Shown: one piece after another, positions 14,797 to 14,856 of the stretch | Position numbering within the stretch: position 1 is the first letter of the stretch | Layout of the letters: the number at the start of each line of letters is the position of its first letter | Made by a program: the position numbers and the translations under genes | NCBI GenBank assembly: GCA_031367385.1 | Contig: JANLPS010000343.1 | Coordinates: forward strand, 1 to 14,856 | Source: Archangium sp. | Lineage (GTDB): Bacteria; Myxococcota; Myxococcia; Myxococcales; Myxococcaceae | Reading direction: 5' to 3' | DNA length: 14,856 nt | The notes under the pieces: generated by a model | The model's input: only the letters and a program-made list of their open reading frames with translations | Database searches by the model: none | What the model was told of the DNA's origin: nothing

Positions 14797-14856
14797 ATGC
14801 TCGTAAAAAAGTATGGCAACCGCAGGCTCTACGACACGGTTTCAAGCCGTTACATC
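14797..14856 (+). CDS. phaR: PHA synthesis repressor PhaR, N-terminal DNA-binding domain (truncated by window end; absent from the ORF track)
   Basis: Manual translation from ATG 14797 gives MLVKKYGNRRLYDTVSSRYI, the KKYxNRRLYDT signature of the PHB_acc_N domain. Confidence 0.93.
   Translation, partial: MLVKKYGNRRLYDTVSSRYI

Noticed and set aside
14223..14819. 198-aa minus ORF and 130-aa plus ORF across the pha promoter
   Set aside because: They overlap the better-supported phaE-like, fadD and phaR frames and the operator boxes; composition is not protein-like.

Overview
GC-rich bacterial chromosomal window. The gene set (AgmX/PglI-type protein, DAG-repeat lipoprotein, CHASE2 cyclase) suggests Myxococcota; this is an inference. 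From left to right: (1) an acyl-CoA dehydrogenase pair flanking a small exported TonB_C/AgmX-like protein; (2) a 3x39-bp REP-like palindromic array; (3) an exported M1 aminopeptidase; (4) a translationally coupled operon of five small membrane-anchored proteins (YqjE/YqjK/ElaB/YtxH-like) plus a 294-aa unknown; (5) a lipoprotein; (6) a CHASE2-class III nucleotide cyclase whose sensor appears to carry a SPOR-like insertion and whose catalytic Asn is replaced; (7) a polyhydroxyalkanoate locus: mini PhaE-like subunit, FadD and PhaC, divergent from a phaR start that the ORF track missed. The PHA locus has two matching ATGTTGCRGYGCASMA operator boxes. No mobile element, CRISPR or RNA gene was recognised.
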